NCBI GenBank assembly: GCA_963782575.1
Contig: CAWAKI010000004.1
Coordinates: 586,746-650,745, forward strand
DNA: 64,000 nucleotides
Reading direction: 5' to 3'
DNA from: an uncultured Solirubrobacteraceae bacterium
GTDB lineage: Bacteria; Actinomycetota; Thermoleophilia; Solirubrobacterales; Solirubrobacteraceae
The notes below the pieces were generated by a model. That model saw only the letters and a list, made by a program, of their open reading frames with translations, made no database searches and was not told the origin of the DNA. This document shows, one piece after another, positions 1 to 9,255 of the stretch. Made by a program: the position numbers and the translations under genes. Positions within the stretch are counted from its first letter, which is position 1. Every line of letters begins with the position of its first letter.

Positions 1-127
1 TCCACAGCCCGGTGAAGCCCGCTCCGACGATCGCGACGTCGGCGTCGCGCGGCCCCGGCAGCGGCGCGCGCGGCGGCGGCGGGCCGCCGCGCGAGCGCCA
101 CCAGAAGCCGAGTTCGCCCGTCCGCAT
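1..127 (-). CDS. FAD-dependent oxidoreductase (DadA/PuuB-like), N-terminus only; runs off the window
   Basis: Manual translation from ATG at 127: MRTGELGFWWRSRGGPPPPRAPLPGPRDADVAIVGAGFTGLW, with the Rossmann GxGxxG motif. Confidence 0.8.
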   Translation of the reverse strand, partial: MRTGELGFWWRSRGGPPPPRAPLPGPRDADVAIVGAGFTGLW

Positions 128-232
128 TTTGCGAGCCTAGATGCTCGCGTCCGTGACGCTGTCGCGCGCCGCGGATCGGGGTTATCATCGGGCGGTCCGC
201 CGGCCATCGGGCGGGGAGCGAGGGAGGAAGCT

Positions 233-2050
233 ATGGAGGCCGCAGTATCAGGACCGGCAGCCGCACAGGGCGCCCCCCCGGCAGCGGGTGCAGCGACGAT
301 CGCGCAGGCGTTCCGCATCACCGCCGCCGAACGAGCCGCGGACATCGCGATCCGCACCAAGGACGACGCGTTCACGATCACCTGGGGTGAGCTGCGCGAC
401 CGGGCCGACTCGCTCGCCGCCGGGCTGCACGCCCTCGGCCTGCGCCGCGGCGACACGCTCGCGCTGATGATCGGCAACCGGCCCGAGTTCCACATCTGCG
501 ACATCGCGGGGATGATGGTCGGAGCCGCGCCGTTCTCGATCTACAGCACCTACACGGCCGAGCAGATCGCCTACCTGGTGGGCGACGCCGAAGCACACAT
601 CCTGATCTGCGAGCAGCAGTTCCTCGATCGCGTGCTCGAGGCGCGCGCCGGCCTGCCGGCGCTGGAGCACGTGATCGTGATCGACGGCGAGGCGCCCGGC
701 GGGACGCTCGCGCTCGCGGACGTCGAGGCCTCGGACGCCGAGTTCGACGTCGAGGCCTCGGTCGCGCAGATGCAGCCGACCGACGTGCTCACGCTGATCT
801 ACACCTCGGGCACGACCGGGCCGCCGAAGGGGGTGCAGCTCGTGCACCGCAACCTGATGGCCGCATGCGAGGGGCTCGAGGAGCTGATCGAATTCCCGCG
901 CGACGGGCGCGTGATCTCCTGGCTGCCCTCAGCGCACGTCGCAGAGCGCAACGCGCACCACTACCTCCCGATCGTCTACGGGCTGCAGATCACCTGCTGC
1001 GAGGATCCGCGCCAGGTGCTCTCCTACCTGCCCGAAGTGCGCCCGAGCTGGTTCTTCGCCGTGCCGCGCATCTGGGAGAAGCTGAAGGCGGGGCTCGAGA
1101 CGATGCTCGCGGGCCAGCCGGAGGAGCAGCGCTCGAAGGTCGAGGCCGCGCTCGAGGCCTCGCTGCGCAAGGTGCGCCTGGAACAGGCAGGCGAGGAGGT
1201 GCCCGCGGAGCTCGCCGAGGAGGTCGCGACGGCCGACGCAGAGATCTTCTCGGGGCTGCGCTCGATGCTCGGCCTCGACCAGGTCGAGGCGATCAACGTC
1301 GGCGCGGCGCCGACGCCGGTCGAGGTGCTCGAGTTCTTCCACGCGATCGGCCTGCCGCTCGCCGAGCTGTGGGGGATGAGCGAGACGTGCGGAGCGGGCA
1401 CAGTCAACCCGCCGGGCAGGATCAGGATCGGGACCGTCGGGCCGCCGGCTCCGGGCGTCGAGATCAAGCTCGACAGCGACGGCGAGGTGCTGATCCGCTC
1501 GGACGTGGTGATGAAGGGCTACCGCAACCTGCCCGAGAAGACAGCCGAGGCGTTCACCGAGGACGGCTTCCTTCGCACCGGCGACATCGGCGAGTTCGAC
1601 GAGGAGGGCTACCTCAAGATCGTCGACCGCAAGAAGGAGCTGATCATCAGCGCGGCCGGCAAGAACATGTCGCCGGCGAACATCGAGGCGACGCTCAAGT
1701 CCGCCTCGCCGCTGATCGGGCAGGCGTGCTGCATCGGCGACGCGCGCCACTTCAACAGCGCGCTGATCGTCCTCGACGCGGACTTCGCTCCCGCGTGGGC
1801 GGCCCAGCAGGGCATCGAGGACACCTCGCTCGAGGCGCTGGCCGAGGACGAGCGTGTCCGCTCCGCCGTCGAGAAGGCGCTCGAGGCGGCCAACAGCAAG
1901 CTCGCCAAAGTCGAACAGATAAAGAAGTTCACGATCGTGCGCGGCGACTGGCTGCCGGGCGGCGATGAGCTGACCCCGACGATGAAGCTGAAGCGCAAGC
2001 CGATCGCCGAGAAGTACACGCAGCAGATCGAGGGGATGTACGCGGAGTAG
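233..2050 (+). CDS. Long-chain fatty acid--CoA ligase (FadD11/FadD15-like)
   Basis: 605 aa; YTSGTTGPPKG AMP-binding motif, WGMSE, RTGDIG, ELTPTMKLKR; RBS GGAGG upstream. Confidence 0.93.
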   Translation: MEAAVSGPAAAQGAPPAAGAATIAQAFRITAAERAADIAIRTKDDAFTITWGELRDRADSLAAGLHALGLRRGDTLALMIGNRPEFHICDIAGMMVGAAPFSIYSTYTAEQIAYLVGDAEAHILICEQQFLDRVLEARAGLPALEHVIVIDGEAPGGTLALADVEASDAEFDVEASVAQMQPTDVLTLIYTSGTTGPPKGVQLVHRNLMAACEGLEELIEFPRDGRVISWLPSAHVAERNAHHYLPIVYGLQITCCEDPRQVLSYLPEVRPSWFFAVPRIWEKLKAGLETMLAGQPEEQRSKVEAALEASLRKVRLEQAGEEVPAELAEEVATADAEIFSGLRSMLGLDQVEAINVGAAPTPVEVLEFFHAIGLPLAELWGMSETCGAGTVNPPGRIRIGTVGPPAPGVEIKLDSDGEVLIRSDVVMKGYRNLPEKTAEAFTEDGFLRTGDIGEFDEEGYLKIVDRKKELIISAAGKNMSPANIEATLKSASPLIGQACCIGDARHFNSALIVLDADFAPAWAAQQGIEDTSLEALAEDERVRSAVEKALEAANSKLAKVEQIKKFTIVRGDWLPGGDELTPTMKLKRKPIAEKYTQQIEGMYAE

Positions 2051-2135
2051 CGCGGGCACTCCAGCTCTCACGCGCCGGGGACTGCTCCGAGCGGCGTGAG
2101 CGCCCGCCGAGTGGCGGGCCACGCCGCATCCCGGC

Positions 2136-2174
2136 AAGAAAAGGAGGGGCCCCGGCAGATGCCGGGGCCCCTCC
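2136..2174 (-). terminator. Intrinsic terminator
   Basis: 14-bp perfect stem GGAGGGGCCCCGGC/GCCGGGGCCCCTCC (2143-2174), 4-nt loop, followed by UUUUCUU on the minus strand. Confidence 0.8.
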
Positions 2175-2296
2175 GCTCACAACCGGCGCCTCCAGGGAGA
2201 GGTTTGCGCCTAGGGGTTCTCAGTGTCCTGCTGAGCCCTATTGGGGCGCGCCGGGCGCGTCTTAGGTCGCCGTTGGTGTGTGGCGTGCGACCACTG
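2136..2296 (-). ncRNA. Candidate structured small RNA (family unknown)
   Basis: ECF-type promoter (AAC-N16-CGTT) upstream, nested stems, ends in the intrinsic terminator. Confidence 0.45.
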
Positions 2297-2391
2297 ATAA
2301 GAACGCAACGCGCGGCGCGAGGTTGGAGAGCGACACGTTTCGGCTCCGCGGGCGGGCCCCGCTGCTCGAGGCCCGCCCGGCGGCCCGGCCA

Positions 2392-3264
2392 TCAGTGCTT
2401 TTTTTCGCGCGGCGGTTTGGCGTACCTCTCGGCGTAGGCGACTTCGGTCTGCTCGATCGAGCCGCTCATCACGGCGGCGTTGTGGCCGGCCGGCGAGGGC
2501 AGGCCGGAGTCGAGGTCGACGAGCGCGGTCACGATCGGCACCAGCAGTGGGTTCGTTCCGCACCCGCTGGCGCCTGGCACGGCGAACGAGTTGTCGACGA
2601 GCGTATTGCCCGAGATCACGAGGATTTTGCCTTTGCCCGCGCCTCCCTCGGTCCCCGGCACTCCGGTGACGGGTTTGTTCGGCCACGGCGGCGCGGTGGT
2701 GCCGTCGGTCAGATGCAGCGCGATCGGATGCGATTCGGAGCCGATCCAGCATTCTTCGCCGAGCAGCGGGTTGCTCAGTTTGATCTTGAGCGGCAACACG
2801 ATCGCGGTCCCTTTGCCGGACAGCAGGTTCACGCGGTCGAGCAGGATCGAGCTGGGCGCACCCGCGAGGTAGGCAGTCGCGCTGACTTCGCCCCCGAGGC
2901 CTTCGATGCCGATCAGCCCGCCGGGCACCGTGAGCGGCGTTTCGGAGATGGCCGGGCCGACGCGCGGCGCGATCAGCGGCAGTTCTTCGAAGATCAGCGT
3001 CGAGCCCAAGCCGCCCTGCAGCGTGATCGGGCTCGTGATCGGCACCTTCTTCGAGCCCATCTGGAATTCGCCCGAGGTCGTCTTGGCGACCGCGCACACC
3101 GCGGCCTTGGTCGTGGGGCAGTTGATGAAGGGCGCGAATTCTTCCTTCAGTTTCGACGCCAGCGCGGTGGCAGGCCCACCGGCGGCGCCAAGGCCCGCGA
3201 GCGCCCCGGCCAGCAGCACGGCGCGCAGCGGTCCGCGCCCGTGGGTGCGTTGCAGTCTCAGCAT
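2392..3264 (-). CDS. Secreted hypothetical protein
   Basis: Start MLRLQRTH at 3264 with AAGGAG RBS; hydrophobic signal peptide ending ATALA; several Cys; 290 aa. Confidence 0.75.
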   Translation of the reverse strand: MLRLQRTHGRGPLRAVLLAGALAGLGAAGGPATALASKLKEEFAPFINCPTTKAAVCAVAKTTSGEFQMGSKKVPITSPITLQGGLGSTLIFEELPLIAPRVGPAISETPLTVPGGLIGIEGLGGEVSATAYLAGAPSSILLDRVNLLSGKGTAIVLPLKIKLSNPLLGEECWIGSESHPIALHLTDGTTAPPWPNKPVTGVPGTEGGAGKGKILVISGNTLVDNSFAVPGASGCGTNPLLVPIVTALVDLDSGLPSPAGHNAAVMSGSIEQTEVAYAERYAKPPREKKH

Positions 3265-3653
3265 CTCTCGTCTCCTTCGCGTATCCGCCGTGCCCGAGCG
3301 GGCCGGCCCCCTGTCCCCCGGCGGCGATCGGCCGCGTGGCTCGCCGGCCGTGACCGCCCCGGAGCAGGATCCGCAGGATCCAGTGGCTACTCCTAACACT
3401 ATATGCTTCTGGTGTCAATCCCTTTGACAGCAACGAGCGTCGTGTCAGGCACTCGTGGCAAGAAGGGAGCCCCGGCCGCGCAGCCTCTCTCGTCAAGAAG
3501 CCGACAGGCGGCCGGGGCGCGCAGCAGCCGAGCACGACCGCCCAGTAGGGGGGTGGCGACCGCGACGCCGCTGCGGACCTTCACGATAGACGGGTGTGGG
3601 GTCGGCCGTGCTGTCGGAGCCGGGCCGGGCCACCCCGGCGGCGCCGTCGCCCA

Positions 3654-3726
3654 AGCCGGAGACAGGACTCGAACCTGCGACCCCCTGTTTACAAGACAGG
3701 CGCTCTACCAGCTGAGCTACTCCGGC
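3654..3726 (-). tRNA. tRNA-Thr(UGU), CCA not encoded
   Basis: GCCGGAGTAGCTCAGCTGGTAGAGCGCCTGTCTTGTAAACAGGGGGTCGCAGGTTCGAGTCCTGTCTCCGGCT folds as a cloverleaf; anticodon TGT, T-loop GTTCGAG. Confidence 0.97.
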
Positions 3727-3774
3727 GGATCGGCCGAGTGTAGTGCCGGGGCGATAGCCTGCCCTGCAGGCCGT

Positions 3775-4101
3775 ATGAGCGATGCGTTCAACATCCGCGA
3801 GGAGGGGCGCGCCGGACGGCACCGCTTGGTGCTGGAGGGCGAACTCGACCTGGCGGCCGCGCAGGAGCTCGAGACGGCGATGGTTCGCGTATGCGGGCAG
3901 GGGAGCCGCCAGGTGGACCTCGACCTGCGCGGCGTGACGTTCATGGACTCGATGGGGTTGCGCTCGCTGCTGGCCGCGAAAGAGACCTGCGCCAAGAGCG
4001 GCGCCGAGTTCGCGGTCGTGCCGAATCCCCGCCTGCAGCGGATCTTCGAGGTCACCGGCATGCTCGACGTGCTGCCCTGGCGCGACGACGAGCAGGCCTA
4101 G
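3775..4101 (+). CDS. STAS-domain anti-sigma factor antagonist
   Basis: LEGELDLAAA, LDLRGVTFMDSMGL (phospho-Ser motif), RIFEVTGM; ATG at 3775. Confidence 0.9.
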   Translation: MSDAFNIREEGRAGRHRLVLEGELDLAAAQELETAMVRVCGQGSRQVDLDLRGVTFMDSMGLRSLLAAKETCAKSGAEFAVVPNPRLQRIFEVTGMLDVLPWRDDEQA

Positions 4102-4151
4102 GGCGCCTCCGAGGGCGCGCGCGCCCTCACTCCGTCGGGATGCCCGTTGGC

Positions 4152-4194
4152 GTCAGACCGTTGAGGCTTCGCACAAACGGGTAAACGGTCTGAC
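4152..4194 (+). promoter_or_regulatory. Putative SigB/SigF-type promoter enclosed by an 11-bp inverted repeat
   Basis: GTTG-N15-GGGTAA inside GTCAGACCGTT...AACGGTCTGAC. Confidence 0.45.
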
Positions 4195-4226
4195 ACGCGC
4201 TCCCCCGGCATGCGCGCGATCCCCCG

Positions 4227-4985
4227 ATGAGCCCCTCAGTCCCGACAGCGTCCCATGAGCTCTGCCGCGTCCTCGCCGAGGATCCCGGCCTCGGCGAGGC
4301 GATCCCGCCCGAGCTGCGCGATCGCGCGATCGCGGAGTGCGTCGCCCGCGTGGTGCCCATCCCGACCGGGCGCTGGCGCGACGCGCCGGGCTTCGCCGGC
4401 CGGGGCGGCCTCGGCCTGCTGGTGCTCGGCGGGCTGCTCGTGCGCCGCGTCGGGGTGCAGGGCCGCTACGGCGCCGAGCTGCTCGGCGAGGGCGACGTGC
4501 TGCGCCCGTGGGAGGGCGAGGAGGAAACGCCGACGCTGCCCGTCACGAGCGGCTGGCGAGTGCTCGAGAACGCGCGCCTGGCGCTGCTCGACGATTCGTT
4601 CACCGTGCACCTGGCCCAGTACCCGCAGCTCGCGGTGCCGCTCGTCGGCCGAGCCGTCGGGCGCTCGCGCAGCATGGCCGTGAACATGGCGATCGTCCAC
4701 CAGGCGCGCGTGGACGTGCGCCTGCACATGCTGTTCTGGCACCTGGCCGCACGCTGGGGAAGAGTCGGCAGCGGCGGGGTCACGGTGCCGCTGCGCCTGA
4801 CGCATGCGGTGCTCGCCGAACTCGCGGCCGCTCGCCGCCCCACCGTGACGAGCGCCCTGACGTCGCTCGGGCGCCGGGGGCTCGTGCGCTCGACCCCGTC
4901 GGGCTGGGTGCTCACGGGCGAGCCGCCGGGCCGGCTGCAGGAGCTCGCGGACCTCGCCGCAGGCTCCTCCCAACCGCGCGTGTGA
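4227..4985 (+). CDS. Crp/Fnr family transcriptional regulator
   Basis: ELLGEGD cNMP-binding-like region; C-terminal HTH LTHAVLAELAAARRPTVTSAL. Confidence 0.88.
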   Translation: MSPSVPTASHELCRVLAEDPGLGEAIPPELRDRAIAECVARVVPIPTGRWRDAPGFAGRGGLGLLVLGGLLVRRVGVQGRYGAELLGEGDVLRPWEGEEETPTLPVTSGWRVLENARLALLDDSFTVHLAQYPQLAVPLVGRAVGRSRSMAVNMAIVHQARVDVRLHMLFWHLAARWGRVGSGGVTVPLRLTHAVLAELAAARRPTVTSALTSLGRRGLVRSTPSGWVLTGEPPGRLQELADLAAGSSQPRV

Positions 4986-5035
4986 GGCCGCCGCAGGCGA
5001 TGTAACGGCCTCGTCGGCGCCGGTGTACCTAAGGC

Positions 5036-5833
5036 GTGTCCGCGGACGCCACCCAGAACCGGCAGCCCCCTGTCGCAGCCGCCCCGCTCGCGCCGGAGCG
5101 AGAAGAGGCACGCGTCGACCTCGGGACCTTCCGCGAGCGCTCGCTGCAGCGCGGCGTGAACCCGGTGGTCTACTGGGTGCTGCGCGCGCTGCTGCTGCCG
5201 TTCTTCCTCGTCTACTTCCGCCTGCAGCGCGTCGGCCGCGAGCACCTGCCGCGCAGCGGCCCGCTGCTGCTGGCCTCCAACCACCGCAGCTTCCTCGACC
5301 CGTTCGTGATCGGCACGCTCGTGCGGCGCCCCGTCTACTACATGGCCAAGCGCGAGCTGTTCGAAAAGCGCTGGCAGGCCTGGATCCTCAACGCGCTCGG
5401 CGCCTTCCCCGTCGACCGCGGCGCGGGCGACGGCGACGCGATGGCGACGGCGCGGGAGATCCTCGAACGCGGCGACTGCGTGGTCGTGTTCCCGGAGGGG
5501 ACACGCGTGCGGCGCGGCCCGCTCGGGGACCCGCGGCGCGGCGTCGGGCGGCTGGCGCTCGAGACCGGCGCGCCGGTGGCGCCGATCGCGGTGATGGGGA
5601 CCGACCAGGTGCGCCGCGGGTGGCGGATCCGCCCGCGCAAGGTGTGCCTGCGTGTCGGGCGGCCGATGCACTACCCGACCGTCGAGCGCTGCTCGCCGGC
5701 GCTCGCGGGGGCCGTGACGGAGCGGATCTGGGCGTGCGTGAGCCTGCAGTGGGAGTGGCTCGGGGGCGAGCAGCCGGCGCGCGGCGCGCCCGAGCCGCAG
5801 ATCGATCGCGGCGAGGTCGTCCGCGCCGCCTAG
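5036..5833 (+). CDS. plsC: 1-acyl-sn-glycerol-3-phosphate acyltransferase
   Basis: NHRSFLD, FPVDRG, FPEGTR motifs. Confidence 0.88.
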   Translation: MSADATQNRQPPVAAAPLAPEREEARVDLGTFRERSLQRGVNPVVYWVLRALLLPFFLVYFRLQRVGREHLPRSGPLLLASNHRSFLDPFVIGTLVRRPVYYMAKRELFEKRWQAWILNALGAFPVDRGAGDGDAMATAREILERGDCVVVFPEGTRVRRGPLGDPRRGVGRLALETGAPVAPIAVMGTDQVRRGWRIRPRKVCLRVGRPMHYPTVERCSPALAGAVTERIWACVSLQWEWLGGEQPARGAPEPQIDRGEVVRAA

Positions 5834-5868
5834 CCGCTGCGCGTGGCCCGGGGGATAGGGTGCGATGA

Positions 5869-6441
5869 GTGGCCGACGAGGCAAAAGGCAAGCCGAAGGC
5901 GCAGCTCGACGCCGAGTTCTCAGACCTCTACCGGGCGCACCTGCGCGACGTCTACAGCTACGCGTACTACCGGGTGGGCAACCATCACGACGCCGAGGAC
6001 CTGACCGAGCAGACGTTCCTGCAGGCCTACCGCCACTTCGAGCGCGCGCAGCGCGAATCGAATGGGCGCCCACTGCGGCCCTGGCTGATCCGCATCGCGC
6101 ACAACCTGGCGGCGAACCTGTATCGGGATCGCGCGCGCAAGCCCGCATCGCCGATCGACGAGACGACCACGATCACGGCGCCGCACACGACCGAGCAGCT
6201 GGTCGAGGGGCGCGACGAGCTGAGCCGGGTGCTCGAGGGCGTCGGGCAGCTGCCGGACGACCGCCGCGAGGCGTTGATCATGCGTTTCGCGCTCGGCATG
6301 GACAACCGCGAGATCGCGCGTGCGCTCGGACGCTCGGACGGCGCCACCAAGGTCTTGATCCACAGGGCGATCAGGCAGCTCGAGGAGATCGTCGGCGAAC
6401 GGGCGGGCATCGCCGCCGGAGAGGGTGGCGGCGATGAGTGA
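5869..6441 (+). CDS. ECF-family RNA polymerase sigma factor
   Basis: DAEDLTEQTF region 2, WLIRIAHN, region 4 EIARALGRSDGATKVLIHRA. Confidence 0.92.
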   Translation: MADEAKGKPKAQLDAEFSDLYRAHLRDVYSYAYYRVGNHHDAEDLTEQTFLQAYRHFERAQRESNGRPLRPWLIRIAHNLAANLYRDRARKPASPIDETTTITAPHTTEQLVEGRDELSRVLEGVGQLPDDRREALIMRFALGMDNREIARALGRSDGATKVLIHRAIRQLEEIVGERAGIAAGEGGGDE

Positions 6442-6784
6442 AACGGCGTCCAACCTCGAGAGCCTGCTGCGCGAAGCGCTCGTCCCGATCGAGCCGCCCG
6501 CCGAACTGGCGCTGCGGCTCGAGTCGGCCCTGACGAGCATCACCGAGATGGCCGCCGACGAGCTCGAGGCCTGGGAGCTCTCGGCGATGCGCGACCCGCG
6601 CAACTGGGCGCGTCCGGCGGCGGCGCTCGTCGTCGGCGGCGCAGCGGCGACGGGCCTGGTCGCGCTGCGCGCGCGCCGCCGCGCATCGGCCGCGCCCCCC
6701 GGCCTCGCGGGCCTGCGCCGCACCGCCGAGCGGGCTGCGCGCGACCTCGAGCGCGAGACTCGCAAGCTGCTCGGCGACCGCTAG
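6434..6784 (+). CDS. Small single-TM protein overlapping the ECF gene (possible anti-sigma factor)
   Basis: ATG overlaps the end of the sigma gene; hydrophobic AAALVVGGAAATGLVAL followed by RARRR. Confidence 0.7.
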   Translation: MSETASNLESLLREALVPIEPPAELALRLESALTSITEMAADELEAWELSAMRDPRNWARPAAALVVGGAAATGLVALRARRRASAAPPGLAGLRRTAERAARDLERETRKLLGDR

Positions 6785-6903
6785 CGCGCCGCCGTATCGC
6801 CCCCCGCGGGGGTGCCCGCCGGCGGGCAGGGACCGCACGGCCATGCTCCCGCGGGCGAGAGGCGCCGATCATCGCGACCCGACCATCTAGGCTCTTCTCC
6901 CCG

Positions 6904-7726
6904 ATGGCCACCTGCTACCGGCATCCCTCGCGCGAGACCGGCGTCTCGTGTTCGAACTGCGGCCGCCCGATCTGCCCGGACTGCATGACGACGCACCCCG
7001 GTCGGCATGCGCTGCCCGGAGTGCGCGCGCCAGAAGACCCGCGTGCACAAACTCCGTGAAGGCACGCGCATCCCGCGCGTGACCTACGGGCTGATCATCG
7101 CCAACGTGATCGTGTTCCTCACCGAGCAGGGCCAGTTCACGCTGTTCGGCACCGAAATCCACGGCAAGGTGATCGAAGAAGGGATCCTCTACCGCTACGC
7201 GATCCACTACGAACACGAGTACTGGCGCCTGATCACCTCGGGCTTCCTGCACGAGAACCTGCTGCACATCGGGTTCAACATGTACCTGCTGTACCTGCTC
7301 GGGATGATGCTCGAGCCGGCGATCGGCTCGCTGAGGTTCGCGGCGATCTACTTCACCGCGCTGCTGGCCGGCTCGTTCGGCGCGCTGCTCGCAACCGCCT
7401 CGCCGACGCTCGGCGCATCGGGTGCGATCTTCGGGCTGATGGGGGCGGCGGTCGTCGAGCTGCGCTCGCGGCGCATGAGCGTGATGGAGTCGGGCATCGG
7501 CGGCCTGATCCTGATCAACCTCGTGCTGAGCTTCACATGGGCGAACATCTCGGTAGGGGCGCACATCGGCGGCCTGATCGGCGGCGCGCTGGCGGCGCTT
7601 GCGATCCGCACAGCCGACCAGCGCGGAGCCGGCACGCTCGGGCTGATCGCGTGCGTGCTGTTGAGCGCGCTCGCGGTGGCGGGCTCGATCGCGGTCTCGG
7701 GCGCGACCGGGTCAGGGTTCGCCTAG
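6904..7726 (+). CDS. Rhomboid intramembrane serine protease with N-terminal B-box zinc finger (one frameshift near 6995)
   Basis: MATCYRHPSRETGVSCSNCGRPICPDC joined to MRCPEC; WRLITSGFLH, GASGAIFG, AHIGG. Confidence 0.9.
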
Positions 7727-7800
7727 CGGGCCGCTCGCGCGGCGCGGGCTGTGAGGCCCGCGAGCGCCCCGGCCTGGGCGCGCCAGAGGAGCGCCGCCGC

Positions 7801-8704
7801 CTAGCCGGCGCCGGCCGTGTCGAGCTCGAGCGCACGTGCTGCGGGCGCGGGCACGAGCTCCGGGTGAAGGACGTGCGCGAGCAGCTCGAGGCCGTCGACG
7901 AGCCGCGGCCCGGGACGCGAGAAGTACGCCGACGCGTCGACGGCGACGATCCGCCGCGCGCCCGCCGCGCGCAGCTCGGTCTCGTGCGCGAGCGCCTCGA
8001 GGCGGGCGCGGTCGGCGTCATATCCGCACGGGATCGCCAGCGCGAGCTCCGGCTGGACGGCGGCGAGCTCGTCCCAGGAGGCCTCGCGCGAGGCCTCGCC
8101 CGGCAAGCCGAGCACGTCTTCGCCGCCGGCCAGCTCGATCAGCTGCGGCGTCCAGTGTCCGGCGACGAACAGCGGGTCGAACCACTCGAGCGCCGCCACG
8201 CGCGGGCGCTCGGCGCCGCGCACGGCCAGGCGCACGCGGTCGATTCGCCCGGCGGTTCGCGCCACCAGCTCGACCCCCTCGCGCCGCCGTCCGGTGGCCT
8301 CGGCGAGCGTGCGCACGTCGCCGAGCGTCTCGCCCAGCGTCTTCGGGTCGAGCGCGATCACGCGCGGTTTGGTGGGCAGCTCCTCGGCGAGCTGCGCGAC
8401 GTCCTCGTAGGAGACGGCGCACACCGGGCAGAGCGCCTGCGTGACGATCAGGTCGGGCTCGAGTTCGCTCAGCAGCTCGTCGTCGAGCTCGTAGATCGAT
8501 TCGCCGGCGAGGGTCCGCTCGCGCACGGCCGCATCGATCGCGCCCGCGTCGAGACCGGCTCCGAGCGCGTCGCGGGTGAGGTGCGGGCAGCTCCAGCGCG
8601 GCGGGCGGGTAATCGCACTCGTGCGTGACGCCGACGACGTGCTCTCCGAGACCGAGCGCGAACAGCAGCTCGGTGGCGTGGGGGACGAGGCTCACGATCC
8701 GCAC
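7801..8704 (-). CDS. Cobalamin/Fe-siderophore-binding protein (BtuF-like), frameshifted
   Basis: VRIVSLVPHATELLFALG..GVTHECDYP; PDLIVTQALC.VCAV; YFSRPGPRLVDG. Confidence 0.85.
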
Positions 8705-8755
8705 CTCCTGACTGTACGCGATCGCGCGGTAGAGCGTAACCTCGCAGGGGATCGC

Positions 8756-9037
8756 GTGCGCTGACCGACGCCGAGATCGAGCAGCGCCTCGCCGAGGCCG
8801 GCGAACTGGCGGCCGCGAGGGCCTGCGATCGTGCGCGATCTGGAAGCTCGCCGACTTCGCCGCCGCGATCGCCTTCGTCGAACCGCGTAGCGGAGGTCGC
8901 CGAGGCCGCCGACCATCACCCCGACATCCTCGTGCACTGGCTGGAACAGGGTTCGCCTGACGCTCTCGACGCACTCCGAGGGCGGGCTCACCGACGCCGA
9001 CTTCGCGCTCGCCGGCCGGATCGACGGCCTCGCCTGA
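8756..9037 (+). CDS. phhB: Pterin-4-alpha-carbinolamine dehydratase (frameshifted; start approximate)
   Basis: Pieced translation DFAAAIAFV..VAEVAEAADHHPDILVH..NRVRLTLSTHSEGGLTDADFALA. Confidence 0.85.
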
Positions 9038-9255
9038 GCCGCTCCCTTCCGCCAGTGGGGCTTGCTACGGTTGAACGGCGTCGAGCAGCGCGATGAACGA
9101 CGAAGAAGAACTTCCTCGAAGTAGCGTGGCCCCGCCGCGCCGCCCGCTGAACGCCGGGGCCGCTGGCGAGGGTCCGATCGGCTGCCGCGCCCGCCGGGCG
9201 CGTGAGCGTGCGATCAGGCAGTGCTCGAGCCGCGGCCGATGGGCGCGGCGCGCGC

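Noticed and set aside
3654-3726. tRNA-Thr as an integration site for a genomic island
   Set aside because: No integrase and no duplicated tRNA 3' end seen in the window
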